From Candidatus Bathyarchaeota archaeon (GTDB lineage Archaea > Thermoproteota > Bathyarchaeia > Bathyarchaeales > Bathycorpusculaceae), in NCBI GenBank assembly GCA_963770935.1, contig CAVYRJ010000011.1, positions 32,001 through 96,000 on the forward strand: a DNA stretch of 64,000 nt, written 5' to 3'. This document shows positions 48,609-57,787 of this stretch, one piece after another. Under the pieces are notes generated by a model. It was not told the origin of the DNA and made no database searches. It worked only from the letters and a program-made list of their open reading frames with translations. Position 1 is the first letter of the stretch. Every line of letters begins with the position of its first letter. The position numbers and the translations under genes were made by a program.

Positions 48609-50432
48609 ATGACATTGAAAGGATGGACAGGTTTTTTCTTAAAAGTGGATCTAACTAAAAGCACAGCTACTGCAGAAGCATATGATGAGAACTTAGCGTT
48701 GAATTTTTTGGGTGGCAGAGGCTTTGCAATAAAAATTCTCTGGGACACCCTCAAACAGGGAACCGATCCCCTCTCGCCAGAGAACAAACTCATCTTTGCC
48801 ACCGGACCCTTAACGGGCATTGGTTTGCCTAACAGCGGCAAACTCGTTATTGCCTCAAAAAGCCCCTTAACCGGCGGCTACGGCGACGGAAACTCGGGGT
48901 CATGGGCAGCAGTAAACATACGCAAAGCCGGCTATGACGCACTCGTCATCGAGGGCAAAGCATCCACACCCATCATCCTGCATGTCAAAGATAAAACGGT
49001 GGAGTTTCTGGATGCCAAGGATTTATGGGGCAAAAGCTCCTTTGAAGTCGAAGACCAACTGAGGAAAAAATACTCCAAACTGGCAGGCATAGTATCCATC
49101 GGTCCAGCAGGAGAGAACCTTGTACGGTTTGCCACGGTTGTTTCGCAGAATGGACGAGCTGGTGGACGACCCGGCATGGGCGCGGTCATGGGCTCCAAGA
49201 ACCTCAAAGCAGTCGTGATCGAAGGCACCCAGCCGATAACACTTGCAAACCCAGAGGATATGAAACGGCTGGCAGTAGAAGGTTACAAGGAGCTCTTAAC
49301 TAAACCTCTCTATTCATTTTGGAAACGGCAAGGCACTATGTCAACGGTTGAGTGGTGCCAAGAAAACAGTTGCCTTCCCACCTACAATTATAAACAAGGC
49401 GTTTTCGACAAAGCCGAGGGCATTGGCGGCTTTACGATGGAGAAGCTGAAGGTTTCCAACCGAGGCTGTCCTCAATGCAACATGACCTGCGGCAACGTCG
49501 TCAAAGACAGTGAAGGAAAAGATTCAGAACTGGATTACGAGAATGTCGTTATGCTTGGGTCTAACATTGGCTTGGGAGACCTTGCACAAGTGGCTACCTT
49601 AAACCGGTTGGCAGATGAATTCAGCTTCGATGGCATTTCTTTGGGAAGCGCCATTGGTTTTGCCATGGAAGCTTCCGAGAAAGGGCTAATCGCTGAGAAG
49701 ATTAGTTGGGGAGACTTTGAGGCGATTAAATCTTTAATCAGCGATATTGCCCACAGGCGTGGTTTGGGTGCTGTTTTAGCTGACGGTGTCCGATCTGCTG
49801 CTGTAACCATTGGCAAGGGCTCAAGTGATTGGGCGATGCATGTTAAAGGCTTAGAAGTCAGTGCCTACGATTGCCACATCGCTCCAGGCATGGCTTTAGC
49901 TTACGGCACAAGCTCTATTGGCGCCCACCACAAAGACGCATGGATCATCACTTGGGAAATAAAAGCCGGTCGAGAAAACTATAACGAGGCAAAAGTCGAA
50001 CACCTAATCAAAACCCAACTCCTTCGTGGCGGAGCGTTTGAAGCTTTAACCGTTTGCCGCTTCCCACATGGCTCGCTAGGTTTTGAGCTTGAATGGTACC
50101 ACAAATACCTTAGCGCTTCAACCGGACAGGACTTTTCTATGGACAAGTTAAACCTGATTAGTGACCGAATCCTCACTTTGATCCGTGCTTTCTGGGTACG
50201 CGAATACGGAAGCAACTGGAGTCGAAGTTTGGATGTTCCGCCGATGAGGTGGTTCAACGAACCATTAACAGACGGTCCATTGAAAGGCTCAGTGCTTAAC
50301 TTAGAAAAATACAGCGATATGCTGGACATTTATTATCAGAAGCGCGGCTGGAGCCAAAACGGTGTTCCAACAAAGGAAACCCTGGAAAGGTTAGGGTTGG
50401 CTGACGTGGCAAGTCAGCTTACGTTTAGTTGA
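48609..50432 (+). CDS. aor: aldehyde:ferredoxin oxidoreductase (tungsten AOR family)
   Basis: FLGGRG, KSPLTGG, IGPAGEN, GR.GMGAVMGSKNLKA, CPQCNMTC and HVKGLE. Confidence 0.92.
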   Translation: MTLKGWTGFFLKVDLTKSTATAEAYDENLALNFLGGRGFAIKILWDTLKQGTDPLSPENKLIFATGPLTGIGLPNSGKLVIASKSPLTGGYGDGNSGSWAAVNIRKAGYDALVIEGKASTPIILHVKDKTVEFLDAKDLWGKSSFEVEDQLRKKYSKLAGIVSIGPAGENLVRFATVVSQNGRAGGRPGMGAVMGSKNLKAVVIEGTQPITLANPEDMKRLAVEGYKELLTKPLYSFWKRQGTMSTVEWCQENSCLPTYNYKQGVFDKAEGIGGFTMEKLKVSNRGCPQCNMTCGNVVKDSEGKDSELDYENVVMLGSNIGLGDLAQVATLNRLADEFSFDGISLGSAIGFAMEASEKGLIAEKISWGDFEAIKSLISDIAHRRGLGAVLADGVRSAAVTIGKGSSDWAMHVKGLEVSAYDCHIAPGMALAYGTSSIGAHHKDAWIITWEIKAGRENYNEAKVEHLIKTQLLRGGAFEALTVCRFPHGSLGFELEWYHKYLSASTGQDFSMDKLNLISDRILTLIRAFWVREYGSNWSRSLDVPPMRWFNEPLTDGPLKGSVLNLEKYSDMLDIYYQKRGWSQNGVPTKETLERLGLADVASQLTFS

Positions 50433-50440
50433 AGAGCGGT

Positions 50441-51883
50441 TTAGTAAGACCGCGCGAAATACGCTGTTTCCTTCGCTTTCTCTGCGCAAACAATGCAGTT
50501 AGTTGTTGGTTGCTCGATTTGAAATGGCCGAATGCGGATGGTTGCGCCTGTTTCATCCTTTACTTTGGCTTCGCAGTCTGAGCTTCCGCACCAAGCTGCC
50601 TTGATGAAGCCGCCTTTTTCTTCCAGTACTTTCTTGAATTCCTCGTAGCTTTGCACTGAGGAGGTTTTTTCTTGGAGGATAGCTTTGGCTTTAGCGAGCA
50701 TGTTGTCTTGGATTTCCTGCAGGAGCTTCTCTACGGTTGCTGGGATTTCTGATTCTTTGACTGGGGTTTTTTGGCAGGTGTCACGGCGGACCATTACGAC
50801 TTGTTCTTGTTTGAGGTCTCTTGGACCGAGTTCTATGCGTATTGGGATGCCTTTGAGTTCCCACTGGTGGAATTTCCAGCCTGGAGTGTACTCGTTACGG
50901 TCATCTAAGATTACGCTGACACCTTTGGCTTTGAGTGTCTCCGCGATTTGCTTGGTTTTTGCTGCGATTGCTTCGGCTTCTTGTCCCTTGAATGGAATCG
51001 GAACAATAACAACTTGCGTTGGCGCAACTTTAGGCGGCATAATTAGGCCTTTGTCGTCGCCGTGAACCATAATCATTGCACCAATCAGTCGTGTGGTGAT
51101 GCCCCAGCTGGTCTGCCAAACATAATGGTCCTGTTTGTCTTCGCCGATGAATTTGACATCAAAGACTTTGGCGAAGTGCTGACCCAGGTTGTGGCTGGTT
51201 CCCATCTGCAGCGCTTTCCCATCTGGCATGATGGACTCGAGTGCTGTGGTGTAGAGGGCACCAGCGAATTTTTCGCTGTCACTCTTGGTGCCTACAACAA
51301 CTGGAATTGCCAAATAGTTCTCCATTATGTCCTTGTACTCGCCAAGTGCATACATGACTTCTGCCTCTGCTTCCTGACATGTGGCGTGAGCGGTATGGCC
51401 TTCCTGCCAAAGAAACTCCCTTGTACGCAAGAACAGTTTGGTGGCTTTGGTTTCCCAGCGTACGATGTTGCACCACTGGTTAATCTTGATTGGCAAATCT
51501 CGCCAGCTGCGAATCCACTTGCTAAACATGGCATACATTATGGTTTCGCTGGTAGGTCGAACAGCCAGTTTCTCCTCCAATGTTGTTTCTCCGCCCTGAG
51601 TAATCCATGCGACTTCTGGAGTGAATCCTTCAAAGTGCTCGGCTTCTTTTTTGAGAAAGCCTTCGGGAATAAACATTGGGAAATACACGTTTCGATGCCC
51701 GGTCGCCTTGATTTTTTGGTTAACTACCTCTTGGATTTTCTCCCAAACCGCGTAGGCGTCTGGGCGAATAATCATGCAGCCTTTGACGGGTGCGTAATCT
51801 GCAAGTTCAGCTTTCAAAACAACTTCAACGTACCATTCGCTGAAGTCTTCACATTTCTTTACGGTTACTCCAGTATCAGACAT
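50441..51883 (-). CDS. proS: proline--tRNA ligase (archaeal/eukaryotic type)
   Basis: FSEWY, RPTSET, FLRTREFLWQEGHTAH, QMGTSHNLGQ and terminal FARSY. Confidence 0.97.
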   Translation of the reverse strand: MSDTGVTVKKCEDFSEWYVEVVLKAELADYAPVKGCMIIRPDAYAVWEKIQEVVNQKIKATGHRNVYFPMFIPEGFLKKEAEHFEGFTPEVAWITQGGETTLEEKLAVRPTSETIMYAMFSKWIRSWRDLPIKINQWCNIVRWETKATKLFLRTREFLWQEGHTAHATCQEAEAEVMYALGEYKDIMENYLAIPVVVGTKSDSEKFAGALYTTALESIMPDGKALQMGTSHNLGQHFAKVFDVKFIGEDKQDHYVWQTSWGITTRLIGAMIMVHGDDKGLIMPPKVAPTQVVIVPIPFKGQEAEAIAAKTKQIAETLKAKGVSVILDDRNEYTPGWKFHQWELKGIPIRIELGPRDLKQEQVVMVRRDTCQKTPVKESEIPATVEKLLQEIQDNMLAKAKAILQEKTSSVQSYEEFKKVLEEKGGFIKAAWCGSSDCEAKVKDETGATIRIRPFQIEQPTTNCIVCAEKAKETAYFARSY

Positions 51884-51952
51884 GAGGATTCTCTTCTTGC
51901 AGATTTATGCTTGTGACTGCCTATAAAACCGTAACGGGAAAAAAAGAAAAAT

Positions 51953-52108
51953 CTATTTTTTAAAGAGTCCCTTTTTTTCAGGGTAGTCTTTGCATTCGTA
52001 GATGCGTAGTTGTCTTTGTGGTTCGATGCGGCAGCGTTTGCGTGCGTTTTTGCGTCTTAAAAGTGGTGCAAGTTGAAAGAAGGGGCATTTGGAACAGAGT
52101 GTGCTCAT
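51953..52108 (-). CDS. 51-aa basic Cys-containing microprotein
   Basis: MSTLCSKCPFFQLAPLLRRKNARKRCRIEPQRQLRIYECKDYPEKKGLFKK, directly downstream of the ABC permease. Confidence 0.55.
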   Translation of the reverse strand: MSTLCSKCPFFQLAPLLRRKNARKRCRIEPQRQLRIYECKDYPEKKGLFKK

Positions 52109-52118
52109 TTTCTCAATC

Positions 52119-53300
52119 CTACCTTGTCATCATTCTGCGGAACACTGGCAATGCAATTGCAATCATGACTATGCCGAACACAATTAGAATAATGAGCTCT
52201 GTAGATATCTGCGGTATGCCTGCGCCTAGCACCATGACTTTTCGTAGAGCATCTGAAGCGTAGGTTAGTGGTAAGGCTTTGCTTATGGTTTGCATGTACC
52301 ATGGCATCTGCTGAATCGGGAAGAATACACCGCTAAGGAACATCATTGGGAACATCAGTGTCATCATGAGCATTTGCGCTGTTTCCTGGTCTTTGGTGAA
52401 CGACGTTATGACTATGCCTAAGCCAACGAAACTAAAGACGCCCAAAAGTAGCAACGCGAACACCAGCAGGATGCTTCCCTGGATAGCGACTCCGAATATG
52501 CCGATAGCTAACCCCAAGATTATGACACCCTGGATTAAGCCTCTGGCAGTCTGCGCTAAAGTTTTTCCCAGCAGAATCGAGAGTCTGTTTATTGGTGCAA
52601 CCATCATTCCATCCATCGTGCCGATTTCTTTTTCCTGTGAAATAGCAACTGGGAGACCCGTCATGACACTCATCATTACAGTCATTGCCATTATGCCTGG
52701 TGCGATGAAGTCAAAGTAGCTTGGATCACCTGAGACGACACCTTGGGTTTGTACGTTGAAGGGTTTAATGACCGCTATGTTTGTTGTGTTAAGGTTTTGC
52801 TGTGCCAGGGTGGTTCCCATTACATCAAACACGCCTCTTAAGGCACTTTGAATGGTGATTGATATTTGGGGATTAGAATCGTCGCTTACGATGATCAGGG
52901 TTCCCTGTTTCCCGGTCATGAGGCTTTCAGAAAAGTTGCTGGGTAATATGATGCCTCCCTGAAGTTGTCCTCTCTGCACCATATCCGTGATGTCTGATTT
53001 ATTAGACACATTGGTTAAGATAAGCAGATGGATTTGATTGTTGACCGTATTCAAACCATCGATGAAACCTTGACTTGGAGCAAACACACCGTTAAAGCCT
53101 GCGTCCTCGTTGACAAAGCCGACTTTTAAGTCAGTTAAGGTACTGTTGGATGGGTAGATGAAACCAACCATCACCATCATGAACAAGGGCATGACGATAA
53201 GAAGCACTAAACCTAGTCGGTTACGGAAGAGTTCTGTGAGGTCTTTCCACGCGATCCGGAAACTATGCTGGAGAACTGTTTTTACAGTCATATCTCTCAC
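52119..53300 (-). CDS. ABC-2 type exporter permease
   Basis: IAPGIMAM, EKEIGT....VAP, PMMFLSGVFFP and LPLTY. Confidence 0.92.
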   Translation of the reverse strand: MRDMTVKTVLQHSFRIAWKDLTELFRNRLGLVLLIVMPLFMMVMVGFIYPSNSTLTDLKVGFVNEDAGFNGVFAPSQGFIDGLNTVNNQIHLLILTNVSNKSDITDMVQRGQLQGGIILPSNFSESLMTGKQGTLIIVSDDSNPQISITIQSALRGVFDVMGTTLAQQNLNTTNIAVIKPFNVQTQGVVSGDPSYFDFIAPGIMAMTVMMSVMTGLPVAISQEKEIGTMDGMMVAPINRLSILLGKTLAQTARGLIQGVIILGLAIGIFGVAIQGSILLVFALLLLGVFSFVGLGIVITSFTKDQETAQMLMMTLMFPMMFLSGVFFPIQQMPWYMQTISKALPLTYASDALRKVMVLGAGIPQISTELIILIVFGIVMIAIALPVFRRMMTR

Positions 53301-54328
53301 CTTACTCTCCTTGATTGTACGCCAAACTTTGGACCATGTTCCATTGGAATTTTCTGATCTGCGCTATCTCTGACTTCGTGACCGGTTATATGTAAGAATA
53401 CGTCTTCTAGCGAAGGTTGCAGATTCTCCATGGAAGTGATTTTTCCGTTCTTCTGCCGTACAGCATTGATTATATTGTCAAAGGCTTCTTCACCGTGAAC
53501 AATAACGTGTAGTGTTGTAGAGTTTTCTTGGGTTACTGCGTCGGCGCATTTGAGAGTTTTTACCGAAGTTATCATGTCTGGTGTTAGGTTTGCGATTTCA
53601 AGTTTAATTATCATTGTGTCTGCTCCGGAAATTATCTTTTTCAGGTTAGTTGAGGTGTCCAAAGCTATGATTTTTCCGTGGTCAACAATTGCTATGCGGT
53701 CGCAGAGCAAGTCAGCGTCAACCATCATGTGCGTAGTTATGATAACAGTTGTTCCCTGTTCCTGGTTGAGTTTCTTTATGAAATCTCTAATTTCAACTGA
53801 TGACTGTGGATCCAAACCTAATGTAGGTTCATCAAGAAATAGAACTTGAGGCATGTTAAGCAAAGCGCGAACCACATTCATTCTCTGGCGCATGCCTGTT
53901 GAAAACGTGCCAACTTGGGCATTCTTCCATTTGGTAAGTTGAACCAGTTCAAGTAAATCATCTATTCTTTTGTTTAATGTGTCTTTTGGGATGTTAAATA
54001 GGCTGCCAAAGAACGAGAGGTTTTCTTTTGCCGTTAAACGGTTGTAGATAATCATTTTTTCGGAGACGATGCCGATTAGCTTGCGTACTTCCGTGTCATG
54101 TTTTACTGTGTCGAAACCTCCGATGATGGCTGTTCCTTTTGTTGGTCTTGAGAGGGTTGAGAGCATACGTAGAGTTGTGCTTTTGCCTGCGCCGTTTGGT
54201 CCTAGCAAGCCGAATATTTCGCCTTTCTTGACGTTAAATGAGATGTCGTCTACGGCGGTGAACTTTCCAAACATCTTTGTTAGATTCTTAACTTCGATTA
54301 TGCTGCCGTTATCCATTGGTTGAACCAC
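53297..54328 (-). CDS. ABC exporter ATP-binding protein (DrrA-like)
   Basis: GPNGAGKS, FSTGMRQR, LFLDEPTLGLD and PSLEDVFL..TG. Confidence 0.95.
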   Translation of the reverse strand: MVQPMDNGSIIEVKNLTKMFGKFTAVDDISFNVKKGEIFGLLGPNGAGKSTTLRMLSTLSRPTKGTAIIGGFDTVKHDTEVRKLIGIVSEKMIIYNRLTAKENLSFFGSLFNIPKDTLNKRIDDLLELVQLTKWKNAQVGTFSTGMRQRMNVVRALLNMPQVLFLDEPTLGLDPQSSVEIRDFIKKLNQEQGTTVIITTHMMVDADLLCDRIAIVDHGKIIALDTSTNLKKIISGADTMIIKLEIANLTPDMITSVKTLKCADAVTQENSTTLHVIVHGEEAFDNIINAVRQKNGKITSMENLQPSLEDVFLHITGHEVRDSADQKIPMEHGPKFGVQSRRVR

Positions 54329-54340
54329 TCTATAATATTA

Positions 54341-54364
54341 TTCACTGCAATATATAGCGGTAAA
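54341..54364. promoter_or_regulatory. imperfect palindrome, candidate PadR operator
   Basis: TTCACTGCAATATATAGCGGTAAA (18/24 self-complementary) between the divergent ABC and padR genes. Confidence 0.5.
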
Positions 54365-54404
54365 ATATAAGTATTACCCACATACAATATAGATTTGAAA
54401 CACG

Positions 54405-54998
54405 ATGGCAACAGAAAATGAAGACAAGACAACCGCCAGCTGGATGAAAGAAGCCCAAAAAGGCATCATACGCATGGGAGTACTAATCCTCATAAACAAG
54501 AAACCTTCCCACGGCTACGAAATCATGAAAGAAATCAACAGCCGAACCAAGGGCTTTTGGCAACCCACCGCAGGCGGAGTCTACCCAATCCTACGTGACC
54601 TAGAAAAATCAGGATACATCAAAGGCCAATGGCAAACTCAAAAGAACCGACGCCTCAGAGTCTACCAAATCACAGAGTCAGGAGAACAAATCCTTAGAAA
54701 AGCAATCCTAAAACAAACAGAAATCACAAACAACATCGGCAACCTTTTCCGTGAATTCGCCCGAGACGTTCTAAACATCGAACTGGAAAATTGGTCCGTG
54801 CCTAACATGCCTTCACCTTTATCGCCTTTTCTTGAAGAAAAAATATGCGTTGAACTCAACCTCGATCAGCTAGAGCACGAACGCAAACACATTTACGAAG
54901 CAGTAAAAACTATGCAAGAGCGAATGAAACTTATCGATAAAAGAATCAAAGAAATCAAAAAGGAAGAAAAAACCGATTCTTTACCTAAACCAACTTAA
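54405..54998 (+). CDS. PadR-family transcriptional regulator
   Basis: HGYEIMKEI...GGVYPIL..LE..G...R.Y.IT..G. Confidence 0.92.
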   Translation: MATENEDKTTASWMKEAQKGIIRMGVLILINKKPSHGYEIMKEINSRTKGFWQPTAGGVYPILRDLEKSGYIKGQWQTQKNRRLRVYQITESGEQILRKAILKQTEITNNIGNLFREFARDVLNIELENWSVPNMPSPLSPFLEEKICVELNLDQLEHERKHIYEAVKTMQERMKLIDKRIKEIKKEEKTDSLPKPT

Positions 54999-55214
54999 GT
55001 GAACTCCAATTGCTATTTTTAGAACAAACCGATTTGCTTTCCAGTTTCTCAGTGTGGATGCTTTGGATCCTTTTGAGGGTACAAAGGGTTAAGGAGGATC
55101 TGCCAAAGTCCCTGCTCCTCAACGACTATCGGCTTGGAAGGTAGCTTAAGAATTAAACTGCCTTGTGGTTGGTGTAAACAATTAAATCTGAGATTGACTA
55201 TCCTTAGGGAGAGT

Positions 55215-55547
55215 GTGAAATGCTTGTTCCGCGTTAGAGTCAACAAAATCGAATCAACCCGCGATTTAGACGGTAATCTAGGAAAAAGAATCGAGCTTTT
55301 AGAAGAACGTGAAATTAACCCTTATGTGGTAAGACCCCAAACAGACGAAGCCAAGATGGCACAGGACATCATGCAAGCGCTCCAAACACAAATGCCATTT
55401 TTACCCCAGCGTACGCAGATGGCGACACCCAAAATAATCCTGTTCTTAACCGAACAAGAATATGACAACTTCGGGGTAACGTTTGACGTAAACCAAGTTT
55501 ATGAGGTAGCCCTTGAAAACCAAACGATTCGTTTTAGGAAAGTTTGA
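55215..55547 (+). CDS. arcadin-1-like protein
   Basis: FRVRVNKIE...DG..GKRIEL.EE...PKIILFLTEQEY..FG..FDVNQVYEV, recalled as the arcadin-1 pattern. Start at GTG 55215 or TTG 55224. Confidence 0.75.
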   Translation: MKCLFRVRVNKIESTRDLDGNLGKRIELLEEREINPYVVRPQTDEAKMAQDIMQALQTQMPFLPQRTQMATPKIILFLTEQEYDNFGVTFDVNQVYEVALENQTIRFRKV

Positions 55548-55884
55548 GAAGCTCCTTTCTCATTTCTTTCAGCGCTAAATGGTTTGGGTGAAAAGACAAA
55601 ACAAACATCATGTTTCTAAGTTTACCACTAATTTCTTCTAAACCTGACTTTTTGCCCTCATCACAATAAAGTGGAATAGGTTCATCTCCATCATTCTCTT
55701 CGTAATAGACATAAATTGGTGAAGAGGCTCTATCGAACTGTACTATCTCAAAATCTAAATTCAGACGCTCTGCAGTTTCTTTAGCAGCCGTTCTAACCGA
55801 TTGCAACCGTTTTCTGCTTGGAAGACCAGTTGACGCATAAACCATCAGTTTTCCGCCATTTCCCTTAAACAAGCTAACCACCAA
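55534..55884 (-). CDS. conserved hypothetical protein
   Basis: 116 aa; PIYVYYE...EPIPLYCD...MMFVLSFHP.H. Confidence 0.7.
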   Translation of the reverse strand: MVVSLFKGNGGKLMVYASTGLPSRKRLQSVRTAAKETAERLNLDFEIVQFDRASSPIYVYYEENDGDEPIPLYCDEGKKSGLEEISGKLRNMMFVLSFHPNHLALKEMRKELLKLS

Positions 55885-56055
55885 ACCATCAATCGGTAAA
55901 AAATCCTTTTAAAGCAAGCCGACCATCGAACGTTTCGAGCAGTAGAGGGTTGAGTGAAAGTAACTTGTTATGCGTAATTGTTGCTGTGCAAACCCAACCA
56001 CAACGGCTTAAATGTCCAAGAAAAATCTCCTTTCTGATATAGAGGTGAAAATAAT

Positions 56056-56481
56056 ATGGCGATTGGCGAAAAACTTTGGGAAGGCAAAGGCAAAAGTGGA
56101 GCAGGGTTCATAAAATCAATCAATATGGAAGGAGTAACTTCGATATATACATGGACGGCTCAGATGAAAGGAGTGGGAAAAGCTAAGGGCGTAGATTGCA
56201 ACCTGAACGTGACAGGAAAGAGTATGACTCCTCCAAAAGGCATTGCAGCGTCCAACGATCAAGGAATGCTCATGACAATGACCGGTGATATGGGCATAAT
56301 AAAAGGATTTGACCTGATGAAGATGATCCCTGGCAAAAACCCCACAAGTGTGGGTTTATGGAGTTTCATGACAATGTCCGAGAAACTAAGTTGGCTAAAC
56401 GACACGATTGCACTTGTCACTTTTGAAGCGACCGACCCAATGTGGATGGAAATGAACATTACCATCTGGGAATGGAAGTAG
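56056..56481 (+). CDS. hypothetical protein
   Basis: GAGGTGA RBS; 141-aa beta-rich ORF ending WEWK. Confidence 0.75.
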   Translation: MAIGEKLWEGKGKSGAGFIKSINMEGVTSIYTWTAQMKGVGKAKGVDCNLNVTGKSMTPPKGIAASNDQGMLMTMTGDMGIIKGFDLMKMIPGKNPTSVGLWSFMTMSEKLSWLNDTIALVTFEATDPMWMEMNITIWEWK

Positions 56482-56500
56482 CTATTTAGGTCTGAATTTT

Positions 56501-56956
56501 ATGCAAGAAGAACATTGGCAGATGCCTGAATGGTGGTGCCGAGACAAAAGACCATCTAATGACAGTGTTTATTTTGAAAACATGTGTCGAATTATTTTTC
56601 AAGCAGGCTTAAACTGGCGCGTAATCGACAACAAATGGCAAACTACGAAAAAGGCTTTTGCAGATTTCAATATCAGCGACGTGGCTAACTTCACCAGCAC
56701 AGACGTTGAAAGACTCGTGAGAGACCCTGGCATCATCAGAAACAAAGGCAAAATTAAAGCAATAATACAGAACGCACAGAACTTCATAGCAATAAAAAAG
56801 CAATATGGTTCCTTCCAAAAATACTTAGACAGCTTAGACAAGTCAAACAACTATGATAATGCAATCAAAGATTTAGTCAACAAATTCAAATGGTTAGGTT
56901 CACCTTCGGCAAATCTTTTCTTATATACCGTGGGCGAAAAAATCGATCCATGGTGA
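56501..56956 (+). CDS. tag: DNA-3-methyladenine glycosylase I-like
   Basis: YFE...IFQAGLNW..I..K...AF..F, PGIIRNKGKI.A.I.NA and FKWLG. Confidence 0.85.
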   Translation: MQEEHWQMPEWWCRDKRPSNDSVYFENMCRIIFQAGLNWRVIDNKWQTTKKAFADFNISDVANFTSTDVERLVRDPGIIRNKGKIKAIIQNAQNFIAIKKQYGSFQKYLDSLDKSNNYDNAIKDLVNKFKWLGSPSANLFLYTVGEKIDPW

Positions 56957-57027
56957 AAACACTTTTTCCTTTTTTGTTAAAACTATATTTTTAAACATCA
57001 TCAACTTTTTTACTTCTAAGAATATCT

Positions 57028-57300
57028 ATGAAAGTTAGAGCACACGTGTTGGTTTCTGGACGGGTTCAGGGTGTTTTCTTTAGACAAAGCACTCTGGTTG
57101 AAGCGCAAAACTTAGGTGTTAACGGTTGGGTGCGAAATTTGATGGATGGGCGGGTGGAGGCGGTTTTTGAAGGTGAAGAACACGCAGTAAAAATGCTTGT
57201 TAACTATTGCCGCCAAGGTCCTCCTGCCGCAAGAGTGAATAATCTGGACGTCAGTTATGGACCTTCTAAGGGCGAATTTTCGAATTTTACTGCGCTTTAA
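57028..57300 (+). CDS. acyP: acylphosphatase
   Basis: VSGRVQGVFFR, GWVRN..DGRVE and GPP.A.V. Confidence 0.95.
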   Translation: MKVRAHVLVSGRVQGVFFRQSTLVEAQNLGVNGWVRNLMDGRVEAVFEGEEHAVKMLVNYCRQGPPAARVNNLDVSYGPSKGEFSNFTAL

Positions 57301-57305
57301 TTTCG

Positions 57306-57755
57306 TTAGATTTTTTTCTTGGGTACTCTAAAATGTGAATCCTTCCCTGCGCTGATGTATTCGCCGCCCATGCCCCGTACGGCTGAGGCTATCTTGGCAA
57401 AGTTTTCTGATCCCAAGAATTGTTTGGGCTTAATTATGATGTAGTCGCCTTTTTCTTCGAAGCTTAGTCGGGCCTCCAGTTCTTCTGGGAAGGACATTCG
57501 GATGTCATCTAGCGATCTCTCCTTTGAGGGTGTCGCTATGGATGCTGGTGTTGGAGATGATGCCTGTTTCGGCGTTGGGGTGTAGGTTTTGGCTGTAAGT
57601 TGCGAAGTGATTTGGCCAACCGCAAGTGATTTGAGCGATGCCGAAACAGAACGCAACTCATCTGAAATCTTATTCAACAAAACCATTGTCTCTTCGACTT
57701 TTTGCAATAGTTGATTTAGCTTTTCTTTGTCGCTGCTCACAAAAGTCCCTCTCAA
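57306..57755 (-). CDS. hypothetical protein
   Basis: Coiled N-terminus and a conserved-looking C-terminal domain (FPEEL...IKPKQFLGSENFAKIA...GGEY.SAGK.SHF). Confidence 0.75.
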   Translation of the reverse strand: MRGTFVSSDKEKLNQLLQKVEETMVLLNKISDELRSVSASLKSLAVGQITSQLTAKTYTPTPKQASSPTPASIATPSKERSLDDIRMSFPEELEARLSFEEKGDYIIIKPKQFLGSENFAKIASAVRGMGGEYISAGKDSHFRVPKKKI

Positions 57756-57787
57756 CTCCTAAATAACCCCGGAAGCTTATTAATTAT

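Noticed and set aside
51062-51916. 284-aa plus-strand ORF and similar long antisense ORFs (e.g. 32877..33524, 60870..61346)
   Set aside because: They lie antisense to well-supported genes (proS, DUF2110, the regulator) and have no motifs.
51953-52108. Small Zn-binding ribosomal protein
   Set aside because: It is basic and contains Cys but does not match the L44e, L37e, L40e or S27 patterns I know.
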